Below, piece after piece: positions 42,933 through 52,146 of a stretch of 64,000 nt of DNA. How positions within the stretch are numbered: the stretch's first letter is position 1; every line of letters begins with the position of its first letter. Both the position numbers and the translations under genes were made by a program. Source of the DNA: an uncultured virus (IMG/VR IMGVR_UViG_3300023371_004674) (Duplodnaviria > Heunggongvirae > Uroviricota > Caudoviricetes); IMG/VR virus record IMGVR_UViG_3300023371_004674. One strand, written 5' to 3'. The notes beneath the pieces are model-generated. The model made no database searches, was not told where the DNA came from, and worked only from the letters and a program-made list of their open reading frames with translations.

Positions 42933-43355
42933 TTATTCGGTGAATTCGCCTTCACCGGTTTCGATGGACCACTCCTGATTGTTCGTGTCCTTACCTCTTA
43001 CCCAAGAGGGCTGCTTCTGTACCCACGCATTGTCGGTAGAGAAAACAACGCCGCCTCTGAGGTCTTTTACGAGAATGGGAAACAAACCGTCACCTGTGGT
43101 TTTGTCCTTCTTGTACATAGAGCGAAGCCACTTTGCGGTGTCGGACATCTGCAAGAGTGCGAGCTTCACCGTGTACTGCTTGTTGGGATCGACCGCTCTT
43201 GCGATCTCACCGTCACAGCCGGTTTTGGAGAGAACGCCCTCGCCCTTCTCTTCGATGGTTACGAAAGAGTCGTCAGCGAGACCGGAAACGGCGTGAGTGC
43301 CGAAGGTAATGATGACCTGTCGGCTGTTATAGGTTTTTACAGTTCCTGCTGCCAT
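42933..43355 (-). CDS. Tail tube protein (DUF3277-like)
   Basis: 140 aa directly after the sheath; TY....V...G, G.DGE and L.Q.S motifs. Confidence 0.8.
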   Translation of the reverse strand: MAAGTVKTYNSRQVIITFGTHAVSGLADDSFVTIEEKGEGVLSKTGCDGEIARAVDPNKQYTVKLALLQMSDTAKWLRSMYKKDKTTGDGLFPILVKDLRGGVVFSTDNAWVQKQPSWVRGKDTNNQEWSIETGEGEFTE

Positions 43356-43369
43356 TTGTTATACCTCCG

Positions 43370-44413
43370 TTAAGATACGAGGGTTCCGTTTACCTCGACG
43401 AGATGGATTGCTCCAGCAAGTCTTGCGGTAAACTTACAGCCCTTCAGCGTTCTTGCTGCCTTATCAGCGTCGCTGACGCTTGCAGCGGTAGGAACAGAAG
43501 TGGTGAATCCGACGATTTCGTTTCCGTCAGCGTCGTACTCGGTCTCGGCAATGCCGCCCTTCGTCTGTCCCTTTTTCAACGAGGCGATCATCTGGTTCTG
43601 AATGAGCGTGATACCTTTCGAGGTAAAGGGAACCTTCGGGTTCATAATGAACAGGTTGTAGATACCCTTCTGCATATCATTCTGGAGCCAATCACGGAAG
43701 CGGATAACGTCGATCCACTCGCCGGATACCGTTCTGCCGTCCAGCGTGATGTTCTTGCCAGCACAGTGAACGTAGCAGTTGAGGTTTTCTGCTTTGAGGG
43801 CAGCGATCTCGGTCTGGGTGTAAGGCTCAGGCTCGATACCGTTGAGCGTCTTGTACGCCCAAGTCTCAGAGCCAGCCTCGTAGCTCAAACCGGTTGCCAT
43901 CATAGCAACGTGGGTGTAAATGTTGTTGGGATAGGTCTGCGAACTCTTGGTGCTAAATCCATACGCACGAGCGTAGGACGTACCAACGGGGTTCTCTCCA
44001 TCGGTTACAGTGAAGCCGAGGAACTTAGTGTTCGCATCAGCCCAAAGAGCGATGTCGGCAAGCTCATCGGTAGAAACACCGCAAGGAGCGATGCCATACC
44101 AGCCGGGCGTCTCGATAGCTCTGTCGAGTGCATCGGTAGCATTCTCGTCGAGCTTGATGACCGCAATGTAAAGAGGAGCCGAAGGATTGTTCGCAAATGC
44201 GATAGAGGCTCCGATATATACGGGATCCGTCTTGCCCCATCCAGCGGAAGTCAGCTCACCGATTTCGGTATAAACACCTACATCGGGGGGAGTCGTGGCA
44301 CCGCCAGCGGCAGGAGCAGGACCAACGATGAGCATATTGTCGAAGCTCTCCGAATCAGCAGCGGCTGTGCTGATCGAAATGTCCATCTTTACGAGAGTGT
44401 CGATTAAAGCCAT
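43370..44413 (-). CDS. Tail sheath protein (DUF3383-like)
   Basis: TWAYKTL.G, GEWIDVIRFRDWL, KVPFT..G and LAGAIH motifs. Confidence 0.85.
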   Translation of the reverse strand: MALIDTLVKMDISISTAAADSESFDNMLIVGPAPAAGGATTPPDVGVYTEIGELTSAGWGKTDPVYIGASIAFANNPSAPLYIAVIKLDENATDALDRAIETPGWYGIAPCGVSTDELADIALWADANTKFLGFTVTDGENPVGTSYARAYGFSTKSSQTYPNNIYTHVAMMATGLSYEAGSETWAYKTLNGIEPEPYTQTEIAALKAENLNCYVHCAGKNITLDGRTVSGEWIDVIRFRDWLQNDMQKGIYNLFIMNPKVPFTSKGITLIQNQMIASLKKGQTKGGIAETEYDADGNEIVGFTTSVPTAASVSDADKAARTLKGCKFTARLAGAIHLVEVNGTLVS

Positions 44414-44416
44414 AGG

Positions 44417-45016
44417 TTATTCCTCCTGTGTTTGTTCGATGTCGAGCGTTAAGGGATCGACATCGTTAATCTGAAGATTTGCAAGCTCTTCCGTACCGCC
44501 TCCGCTTGCGGTCTGTTTCCAATTAGGTCTGCTGATGCCAGCGTAACCCTCTGCCTCTCCCATAAAGGAAACGAGAAATTCTTGCTTTGCCCGATACTCA
44601 TAGTCTTGATCTCGGACTGCGGATGTCGGCAGAATATCACCTTCAGGACGGACATTTATGTTCAGACGTTCGTAATGATCGTCGGCATAATCCGATGTCA
44701 TAAAGTTTACGAAGTCCATCATATCTGCCTCTGCCGTGTCCTCAAAGTACGAATCACCCTCTTCGTCAACAACCTCTCTACCGTGGGTAAAGAGTTCGGT
44801 CGAGAGTATCACTGTGCAAGGAATAAGGCTTCGTGATGCCTCGTTTGTGATTTCGAGGAGTGAATGTTGGCTTCTGTGAACCTTGCCCATTGTGAGGCTT
44901 AAAAACGGGTTTATGGGCTTGGTTGCGTTTTGGCGTGGTCCCCACGCTACATCTGCTCCGGCAAAATATCCTTGGATAAATTCGAACAGAACGTCACGAA
45001 GTTCGTCTATTCTCAT
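44417..45016 (-). CDS. Tail terminator/neck protein
   Basis: Position immediately before the sheath gene. Confidence 0.6.
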   Translation of the reverse strand: MRIDELRDVLFEFIQGYFAGADVAWGPRQNATKPINPFLSLTMGKVHRSQHSLLEITNEASRSLIPCTVILSTELFTHGREVVDEEGDSYFEDTAEADMMDFVNFMTSDYADDHYERLNINVRPEGDILPTSAVRDQDYEYRAKQEFLVSFMGEAEGYAGISRPNWKQTASGGGTEELANLQINDVDPLTLDIEQTQEE

Positions 45017-45417
45017 TCATTGCCTCCGTCTTCTGCGGGTTCGCTGTCGGTCGATGAAGGCGGCTTCTTGTCGGATTCGGGGATCGCCTCTGTTACGAGG
45101 GTGAACTCCGATTCGTAGTGGAACAGTGGCGTGTGCTCCCACATCTGGCTCTGCACACACTCGTACCAAGCACCCTGATAAAACAAACGGTCAGCGTTAA
45201 TGCCCTTGGTCGTATCAACTGTGCGGATGGGGAATGTGCCGAACGCCTTGATGCGTTTGGGGCATCTCTTTCCTTCTGCCGTGACCTCGACCTGTGCGGA
45301 CATAGGCTGAACATTCAGCTTCACAACGGTATCGGTGTAGTTGCGTGTAACATAACCTTTCTTTTTCTTCTGCGGATTATATCTCCGCAGGGTGTACGGG
45401 ATTTTCCAAATATTCAC
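45013..45417 (-). CDS. Head-closure/neck protein
   Basis: NVQP..ADRL.Y.G.WYE motif; position. Confidence 0.6.
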   Translation of the reverse strand: MNIWKIPYTLRRYNPQKKKKGYVTRNYTDTVVKLNVQPMSAQVEVTAEGKRCPKRIKAFGTFPIRTVDTTKGINADRLFYQGAWYECVQSQMWEHTPLFHYESEFTLVTEAIPESDKKPPSSTDSEPAEDGGNE

Positions 45418-45887
45418 TTGTCGTTACCTCCTTTCTTCGTGACTGCGAAATTAACAGATTGCCTCATTGTGCCGGTGTCGATAAGGGGCTTGTCGGAGCC
45501 TTTCTTGGCGATGGTGCTTGGAGCGTTTGGCTCAAAATCACCAGACTTGATCTTCTCCTGTATCAAGCCTTTTTGGAAGACACCGATGGCTTTCAAGATC
45601 CCTTCTGCCGTAGTCCTTCCTTGTGCGAGCAATTTGAGTTGCCCCTTCAGGAAAGCGTTTATCTTGTCGGCGTTGTCATCAACGCTCATAGCCAAGAACG
45701 GTCGAGAGGGAGTGGATGACGTTCCGAGTTCGTTCCACATCGCAACATCGCAGATGTCGGTTCCATCTTCCTCCTGTGCGGTTCCTTGCTGGAAACCTAC
45801 TCGAACCTGCAATTTCTTCAGCTTTTCGATTTCCGCATAGAACTTCTCGCCATCGGGTGTCAATTTGTCCTTTGCCTTTGCAGCCAT
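45414..45887 (-). CDS. Neck/tail-completion morphogenesis protein
   Basis: NELGT...PSRPF and PNAPSTIAKKGSDKPLIDTG motifs. Confidence 0.75.
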   Translation of the reverse strand: MAAKAKDKLTPDGEKFYAEIEKLKKLQVRVGFQQGTAQEEDGTDICDVAMWNELGTSSTPSRPFLAMSVDDNADKINAFLKGQLKLLAQGRTTAEGILKAIGVFQKGLIQEKIKSGDFEPNAPSTIAKKGSDKPLIDTGTMRQSVNFAVTKKGGNDK

Positions 45888-46267
45888 TAACGACGCTCCC
45901 CGGCTGAATGGATAGATATGATTTTCAGGCGGCGGATCGTGAGATACCGCAAGCCGTAAACCGTCAGAGTGTACTCCGCATCAACTGCGAGGTTGTTGCT
46001 CTGTGAGGTCGAAAATCCTATCGAGGTGCTACCCTCCGAGTACGAACTGACACGAAGGGAGTCATCTACCGTTCCAACCGAAGTGTCGCCGTATCCTGAC
46101 ATTTTGAGATTGTGAGCCGCAAGGAGAGCAAGGCACTGTTCGTAGGTCTCCTTGAACACTCTCTTGCTGATAAGAGGCGTTACAAGTTCGATCCACTTCT
46201 GAACCTCACTGTCCTCCAGATCGTCAAACTCTTTGGCGGTCATACGGAATACTTCGAGAGCGGTCAT
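45887..46267 (-). CDS. Head-tail adaptor (DUF4054-like)
   Basis: LLAAH, SEGSTSI and T.YG..Y motifs. Confidence 0.7.
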   Translation of the reverse strand: MTALEVFRMTAKEFDDLEDSEVQKWIELVTPLISKRVFKETYEQCLALLAAHNLKMSGYGDTSVGTVDDSLRVSSYSEGSTSIGFSTSQSNNLAVDAEYTLTVYGLRYLTIRRLKIISIHSAGERR

Positions 46268-46279
46268 AAGGAAGCCTCC

Positions 46280-46537
46280 TTATTCGGCTTTCGCCTTTGC
46301 GGGAGCTTTCTTGGGAGCAGGCTTAGGAGCTTCCGTGGTCTCCTCAGCAGTCTCTTCAACGGTCTCGGCTACGGGAGCCTCAACCTTCTCTTCGATAAGC
46401 TGAACGAAGCCAAGGCGAACGTAAGCCTTAACAGCGGCACTCTCTGCAATTTCCTTGCTGATAGGCAAGGACTCGTCAGGCATCAGCACCGTCTTTCCGA
46501 TGCCGATGATCTTCGATTTGATATTCTTGATAATCAT
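46280..46537 (-). CDS. Small hypothetical head-associated protein
   Basis: RBS GGAGG before MIIKN; follows the capsid gene. Confidence 0.55.
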   Translation of the reverse strand: MIIKNIKSKIIGIGKTVLMPDESLPISKEIAESAAVKAYVRLGFVQLIEEKVEAPVAETVEETAEETTEAPKPAPKKAPAKAKAE

Positions 46538-46589
46538 TTCTTTACCTCCAAAAATTTGATTTTGCCGTAGCATTTATTTGACAAGAATG

Positions 46590-46630
46590 TACGGAGAGAT
46601 TGCCGATTGGCAACCCCTCCGTAAAAAAAT
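46590..46630. terminator. Hairpin/terminator after the capsid gene
   Basis: tacggag..ttgcc-gatt-ggcaa..ctccgta inverted repeat. Confidence 0.55.
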
Positions 46631-46638
46631 ATCCTCGA

Positions 46639-47667
46639 TTATACGCCTACTGCGATGAGGCAGGAGAGAGGATAGTAAACGATCACGCCTGCGGTGCGAG
46701 CCTCGCAAGGAATGATAGTCTCCAGCTTCTCGACCTGAAGAGGATACTGGTAGAACGGCATAGGATTCTCCAGAGAGAGCTTTCTCTTGTCGTTCTTGAA
46801 AAGGAACGCAACACCTGCACCGTTCTGCGCTGCTGCGTAGGGGTTGGTGTCAACGCTGTCTGCATCAAGCTCTGCCGCAGGAACGACATTCTTGATGAAG
46901 GGAGCGTGCTCAAGCACGAATGCGAGAACCGTGGTGTTGGTGTGGTCGATACGACGGGTGGAGATGTCCATATAAACATCTGCGGGAACGCAGAGAGTGT
47001 CGGGACGCTCTACGTTCTTGGTCGTTCTTGCGACCTGCTTTGCCATACCGTTGATGTCTGCGAGGATCTCATCAGCGGTCTTTTCAGCCCAAGTCGTGCC
47101 ACCGCCTGCACCTGCAACGATGGTGTAAAGAGGAATGTTCTGACCTGCGGAGAGAACACCCATAAGACCGGAATTCACATCGCCAGCCCAAGCGATCTGG
47201 TTGGTGAGGCGGTCGATCTGGTAACGAGCGGACTCTGCCTTACGAGCGTCGAGGGACTTGCCTGCAAGACGGGAAGCTCTCATCTCCTGTGCGGAGTAGC
47301 CGTAGGAAGCACCAACGGACTTGATCTTCGCATAAGAGGGAGTGCCGTTTACGTCTGCACGAGGAAGGTCGGTCGAGTAGTTGTCGATGACCTTTGCAAG
47401 ACCGGTCTTGTCGTAGGTGTAGTACGTGATAGTCTCTGCACCTGCGTCTGCCTCGGACGAGATGGGGAAAAGGTTGAGAGCGGTGAGTTCGGGATACTCG
47501 ACATCGTAAGACTGCTGCTTTACGTAGTCGAGCTCACGAGCGAAGAATACGGAAGCGTCCTCTGCACTGTCGAAGCGGACGCCTTCGGAAGCAAGAATTG
47601 CGGAAGGGATAGAAGAACCTCTGAGGGTTTCCATCTCTCTGTTATCGTAATGAGTGTGCTTTTTCAT
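46639..47667 (-). CDS. Major capsid protein (DUF2184 family)
   Basis: FFARELDYV...YD..YPEL, DLPRAD and GVIVYYP motifs. Confidence 0.9.
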   Translation of the reverse strand: MKKHTHYDNREMETLRGSSIPSAILASEGVRFDSAEDASVFFARELDYVKQQSYDVEYPELTALNLFPISSEADAGAETITYYTYDKTGLAKVIDNYSTDLPRADVNGTPSYAKIKSVGASYGYSAQEMRASRLAGKSLDARKAESARYQIDRLTNQIAWAGDVNSGLMGVLSAGQNIPLYTIVAGAGGGTTWAEKTADEILADINGMAKQVARTTKNVERPDTLCVPADVYMDISTRRIDHTNTTVLAFVLEHAPFIKNVVPAAELDADSVDTNPYAAAQNGAGVAFLFKNDKRKLSLENPMPFYQYPLQVEKLETIIPCEARTAGVIVYYPLSCLIAVGV

Positions 47668-48188
47668 TCTGCTGTACCTCCTTGATTAAGGTCGATTACT
47701 TCCTGAGCCTGATTGAAAAGCTCAATAGCTGCGATTGCGGCAGTTGCGTCCTTGCCGCCGACGAAACGAGCCTTGATAGCAACATTGCCCTCGGCTACGT
47801 TGGTGAAGAAACCAGCCTCATCACCGGAAGTGATGAGGTAAGCAGCCTCGCCATAAGCGGGCTCGATACCGTCAGCGAGACGGACGTAAACACGACCGTA
47901 ACGCATAACACCAAGAGCTGCCTTGGTCTTGATGTGCATATTGCCTTCGAGGTCGAGCTCGGTGGTTCTGTTGTTTACAACAACGCCCTCGAAGTTGGCA
48001 GCAGTAGCACCTGCTGCGGGGAGCTTTACGTTAGTACCGGGGGTGGAACCTGCAACAACACCAACGCCGTGAAGCATTACACCCGTAGCTTCCTCGTTGA
48101 TGAAAGTGTCGATTGCGTAGGGAGCGATGTCAAGGATACCACCTGCACCGCCCTTGGGGGTGGAAAAACCGTATCTGGTCTGTGCCAT
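47664..48188 (-). CDS. Capsid decoration/cement protein
   Basis: Lies between protease and capsid; VMRYGRVYV motif. Confidence 0.7.
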   Translation of the reverse strand: MAQTRYGFSTPKGGAGGILDIAPYAIDTFINEEATGVMLHGVGVVAGSTPGTNVKLPAAGATAANFEGVVVNNRTTELDLEGNMHIKTKAALGVMRYGRVYVRLADGIEPAYGEAAYLITSGDEAGFFTNVAEGNVAIKARFVGGKDATAAIAAIELFNQAQEVIDLNQGGTAE

Positions 48189-48206
48189 AATCTTTATCCT
48201 CCTTAA

Positions 48207-49691
48207 TTATCTGGACTGTTTTGCGATCATTCTCGCACGAGCCGCCTCAGCAGAATCGCCGTCGGACTCGTCAGCACGAGAATCTTTGTTGAACATCTGC
48301 TTTCTCTGGAAGCTGGTGTCCTTCTTGGAGCCGGCATTGATGTCGGCAACTGCGAGATCGAACATCGCATTTACATAGGTCTCGCTCTTACCGTCAAGAC
48401 GGACAGAGGGACGATGTGCAAGCACGATTGCCTTCTTCGCATCGGTGATGCTCATATTTTCAAGACCATCAAGGTTGATGATTCTGCCGAGCATTCCGAG
48501 CTGGATACGCTGACGAACAATTGCATCAACTGCATCTGCGTTCATCTGGGAAGTGGACTTCACTTCGGGCATAACGATTTCGGGCTTCTTCTCCTCTTCC
48601 TCATCGGAATCGGTCTTCTCGCCTTCCTCGGTTGCACCCTCTGCGGGCTTGCCTTCCTCGCCGCCCTCTTCATCGGTGTTGCCCTTGGCGTTCTCATCGT
48701 CACCGTCGGTGTTCTCCGCACCCTCGGTTCCGCATCCGTCAGCCTTAGCACCGAAATCTCTCTCTGCAAGGAGAGTGTCGATGATGTCGTAGAGAAGGTT
48801 CATATCCTCGTCCTTCTTGGCAAGAACTTCGGTTGCTTCCTCTACGGTAGCGGGTTCGTTGTCTCCGTTGTTGCGGTCCTTGATCATCTGGACCTTCTCT
48901 TCAACGGAAGCAGCTTCCTCGACAGCGGGCTCGTTCTCAGCACCGGTGTCAGCGGCATTTACTTCAGGCTCGGTCGATACTACCTTGCCCTCATCGGGAG
49001 TGCCTTCGTCCCCGTTGGCTTCCGCACTTGCGGCACGGCGAGCCATATACTCATCAATTGCCTTGGCAAGCTCCTCTTTGGTGAGTACGCCATCAGCACG
49101 ACGAGCATCTTTCGTGGTCTTTTTGCTCATTGCTTTTCCTCCTTTAAGGATTGTGTTAGAGTCACGACTGTCGATATTCAGCCGTGCTTGGTCTCCGGCT
49201 CTCGCCTCACGGACGAGTGCCAAGTGGTTGATGCGGATGTTCCGCTGAATTGCATCGTAGGGCTGACCGTTCCACTCGCCTGATGTCTCCTCCAAGTCGA
49301 GATCATAACCGAGCGAAAGTTCTTTGAGCCTGCAACGCTTCATCTTATCTGTATCGTGGATAATGATTTCGCCTCGCACGTCGTCTCCGCTACGATAGCC
49401 GTCGGTCAGGATCGTACCGATCTGATGCTTACTCACGTTGTCCTTTGTAACAAGTCCAGCGTCGTGGGTAATGATGATCGGCTTACCCTTGTATGACTTC
49501 AGGCTTTCTTCAGCAAAAACCTCCTCTGGGAGCCGAAGCTCCCTCCTGATGCTGCCATCAGGATTTCTATACTCAAAGATGCCCGTACTCGTAAGAATAG
49601 GGCGATCTTTCAAGTATCCTTCTTCTGTGTAGTACGTCGTTGCGACAGGAAAACTGTCAAGACGAACTACTCTGGTAAGCGTAGGGGGCAT
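48207..49691 (-). CDS. Prohead protease/scaffold (DUF2213 family)
   Basis: EGYL..TGIFEY, ELSLGY and NHLALV..ARAG motifs, followed by an acidic scaffold region. Confidence 0.85.
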   Translation of the reverse strand: MPPTLTRVVRLDSFPVATTYYTEEGYLKDRPILTSTGIFEYRNPDGSIRRELRLPEEVFAEESLKSYKGKPIIITHDAGLVTKDNVSKHQIGTILTDGYRSGDDVRGEIIIHDTDKMKRCRLKELSLGYDLDLEETSGEWNGQPYDAIQRNIRINHLALVREARAGDQARLNIDSRDSNTILKGGKAMSKKTTKDARRADGVLTKEELAKAIDEYMARRAASAEANGDEGTPDEGKVVSTEPEVNAADTGAENEPAVEEAASVEEKVQMIKDRNNGDNEPATVEEATEVLAKKDEDMNLLYDIIDTLLAERDFGAKADGCGTEGAENTDGDDENAKGNTDEEGGEEGKPAEGATEEGEKTDSDEEEEKKPEIVMPEVKSTSQMNADAVDAIVRQRIQLGMLGRIINLDGLENMSITDAKKAIVLAHRPSVRLDGKSETYVNAMFDLAVADINAGSKKDTSFQRKQMFNKDSRADESDGDSAEAARARMIAKQSR

Positions 49692-49755
49692 TTCTGTCCG
49701 CCTCCTTTCTGTGTGATGACATAAAAATAAGGTGCTGATTGCACCTTACCTTCGA

Positions 49756-50348
49756 TTATTCGGCTTTCTCTACCGTCTTTTCTTCGGTGAGTTCACCCTC
49801 GACAAAAACGCTGTCATCGGCGTTTGCCTCCGTTTTCTCTCCCTCTCCGTTGGAAGCACCCTCGACTACGAGGCTTGTGAGCGAAAGAACGAGCTTCTGC
49901 ACGTGTTCCAACTCTTCGAGAGCGAGATCTTCAAACATAATGGCGAGTGCCTCGTGGTTCTGGCTTTCAAAACCCTCGGTGTCGCTCGCCATTGTTTCGA
50001 TTCTCTCGCAGGTCTTGATGATCTGTCGGCATACTCCGCCGATTGGATAAGCATTTTTCATAATAGCAATTTCCTTTCTGTTCTATGAGCCGGAGGTCCT
50101 GTCTCCATTGGGGGAGAGTCACGGCTCTTTCCAGCAACATATACTTTCATTTATCGAGAACCTTTCGATTTTCCGTATTTGTCAACCTTGAAGCAATCCT
50201 CCCAACCACGATACGGATCTCGTTCGACCACTTCGGGAGTACACTTCTTGTTGCACTTCTTCTTGTATCGCAGACACATACACTTCGGTCTGCAAAACTC
50301 ATCAAAGTCAATAAAGACCTTGATGTGCTGCTTGTATCCGTCCGACAA
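49756..50348 (-). other. Two small hypothetical genes (49756..50061, 50151..50348)
   Basis: RBS-preceded ORFs within the head module. Confidence 0.5.
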
Positions 50349-50389
50349 TCAGTGTTTCCTCCTTTCAAGCCTTCGAGAATAGTCGGGCC

Positions 50390-51322
50390 TCATACTTCAT
50401 CGGCTTGCTGTATCGGAATATCTATTGTCTCCAAATTGAAATAGGGTATTGCCACACATCGGCAGCAATAGTCCTCTCCGGGATGGCAACGACGTCCGGT
50501 ATAGACGATGCCTTTTGATTTGGTCTTGTACCACATTTCAGGCGGGTTATCCCACCTGAAGCGTTTACCGTCGAGCGAATGGTGGCAATCACGAACACGT
50601 GAGTCTCCCGAATCCGACCAGATGTATTCCTCGCACCCTGCATCTTCCTGTTGCATACGGGTAAGCTGTGCATTCAGCGTGGAAACCTGATCTCGTGCAA
50701 GAGCCTCGGCTTTGTTCTTGGTTACTCCAAACTCTTTTTGGATCTCTTTCGTAATATCCCTTATCGTTCTACCGTTTTGGTATCCCTCTCGAATGATGCC
50801 TTGCATCTCATCGAGAGCCTCATTCGGTATGCTCTTGATTTTCAGGACATTCTCATCAATCCATTTTCGCAACGCTCGGTCATAGGCTTCACCGTTATAG
50901 TAGTCATCCATAAGGTCAACGCCGAGCGTGTTGCGTATGACACGTTTCCATTCACGAACGGAAGCGTTCTTTGTCAATTTGCCAGCCTTTTCGACCAGCT
51001 CTTCCAAGCCGTGCTGAGAAACCTTCCGCTCCAGCTCTTGGGCGATGGCAGCGAACTGTTGACGGATTTCTCTGTCAAGGTCCATCGCATCATCAAACCG
51101 AGAGTCGCCGTGCCTTTCCTTTTTGTAGGCAGACATCATTTCAGGCAGATGGTCTTTCAGGATGGCGTAGAACATCTTGGTATATCCTCGTGCGATTCGT
51201 TGCAATTCACGTTCGCACGAATCGGGATACCGAGGGATAACCTTGCTTTTAAGAGGCTGGGTACCTCGAAATTTCTTGCTTACCGCCTCTTTTACGAGTT
51301 GGTGGTGTGTTTGTTTGTTCAA
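50390..51322 (-). CDS. Head morphogenesis protein (MuF/SPP1 gp7 family)
   Basis: ARDQ, YIW..SGDSRVRDCH and HPGEDYCCRC motifs. Confidence 0.9.
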   Translation of the reverse strand: MNKQTHHQLVKEAVSKKFRGTQPLKSKVIPRYPDSCERELQRIARGYTKMFYAILKDHLPEMMSAYKKERHGDSRFDDAMDLDREIRQQFAAIAQELERKVSQHGLEELVEKAGKLTKNASVREWKRVIRNTLGVDLMDDYYNGEAYDRALRKWIDENVLKIKSIPNEALDEMQGIIREGYQNGRTIRDITKEIQKEFGVTKNKAEALARDQVSTLNAQLTRMQQEDAGCEEYIWSDSGDSRVRDCHHSLDGKRFRWDNPPEMWYKTKSKGIVYTGRRCHPGEDYCCRCVAIPYFNLETIDIPIQQADEV

Positions 51323-51367
51323 GGGCTTGCCCTCCTTTCCCGAAGGTTTTGCGAGGTTTGGCGGGAC

Positions 51368-51745
51368 TTAAATGATCCAGCTCATACCGTGCTCTTCGAT
51401 GATGTCCGAGAAATCCTCGACATCGTGAGGGACGATAAAGAAGCGACCATCCTTAATGCCGATGTGCTTCAGCTCGTGCCTCATAAGAATCTCCATCTTT
51501 TCAGGCGAGAGCAACACACAGCTCGGCTTGTAGAACGTGATGATGAAATCATACGGAGCAACCGCTTTCATCTTATCGGACACCTTCATAGTGTCGGCAT
51601 AGACCGTCTTGCCGCCGCTTTTCTTCTCCTTATCGGCGTACTGATAGGCGATGCGGCAACCGCTGTCTGTGATGGGCTTGAACTCTTTGACCTTGGCAAA
51701 TACCTTGTCAGCGAGTTCCTTCAACTCTGTGCTGATCTCAAACAT
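51368..51745 (-). CDS. Putative phage metallopeptidase
   Basis: HELKH zincin motif and PHDVEDF. Confidence 0.75.
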   Translation of the reverse strand: MFEISTELKELADKVFAKVKEFKPITDSGCRIAYQYADKEKKSGGKTVYADTMKVSDKMKAVAPYDFIITFYKPSCVLLSPEKMEILMRHELKHIGIKDGRFFIVPHDVEDFSDIIEEHGMSWII

Positions 51746-51918
51746 AATCGCTCTCCTTCGGCTCTACCTTCTTCCATTTCCAATAGGCAATGAAACGAAG
51801 GCGAGAGGGACGACCTTTCTCCCACGCTCCGTGAGCATAAGCAAATTTTGCTCTGCCCTCAGCACGTAAGCGTTTTGCTTTCTTCTGGTTCATAACGTAC
51901 CTCCTGTATTACGGCATC

Positions 51919-51950
51919 AAAAAAGCAGAGCACCCGTCAAGGTGTTCTGC
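51919..51950 (-). terminator. Intrinsic terminator after the portal partner gene
   Basis: GCAGAACACC-TTGACG-GGTGCTCTGC-TTTTTT. Confidence 0.75.
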
Positions 51951-51972
51951 TCATTCGATATTCTGTTGTGGA

Positions 51973-52146
51973 TTATTCTTCGACGATCTCAAAATCTTCG
52001 GGATCAAACAGGTAGTCATCGCCCGTCTCATCGACGATGCGATACCAGCCGCTTTCCTCATCAACTTCGATTACGTCATATTCTTTGCCGTTAAGCAATT
52101 CGAGCGGATCATCTTCTCCGATAAATCTTACCTTCATAGCAGTCAT
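51973..52146 (-). CDS. Small acidic protein, candidate immunity/antitoxin
   Basis: ATGA-coupled to the portal stop; L.NGK.Y.V...GWYRIVDETGDDYLF.PEDF motif. Confidence 0.65.
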   Translation of the reverse strand: MTAMKVRFIGEDDPLELLNGKEYDVIEVDEESGWYRIVDETGDDYLFDPEDFEIVEE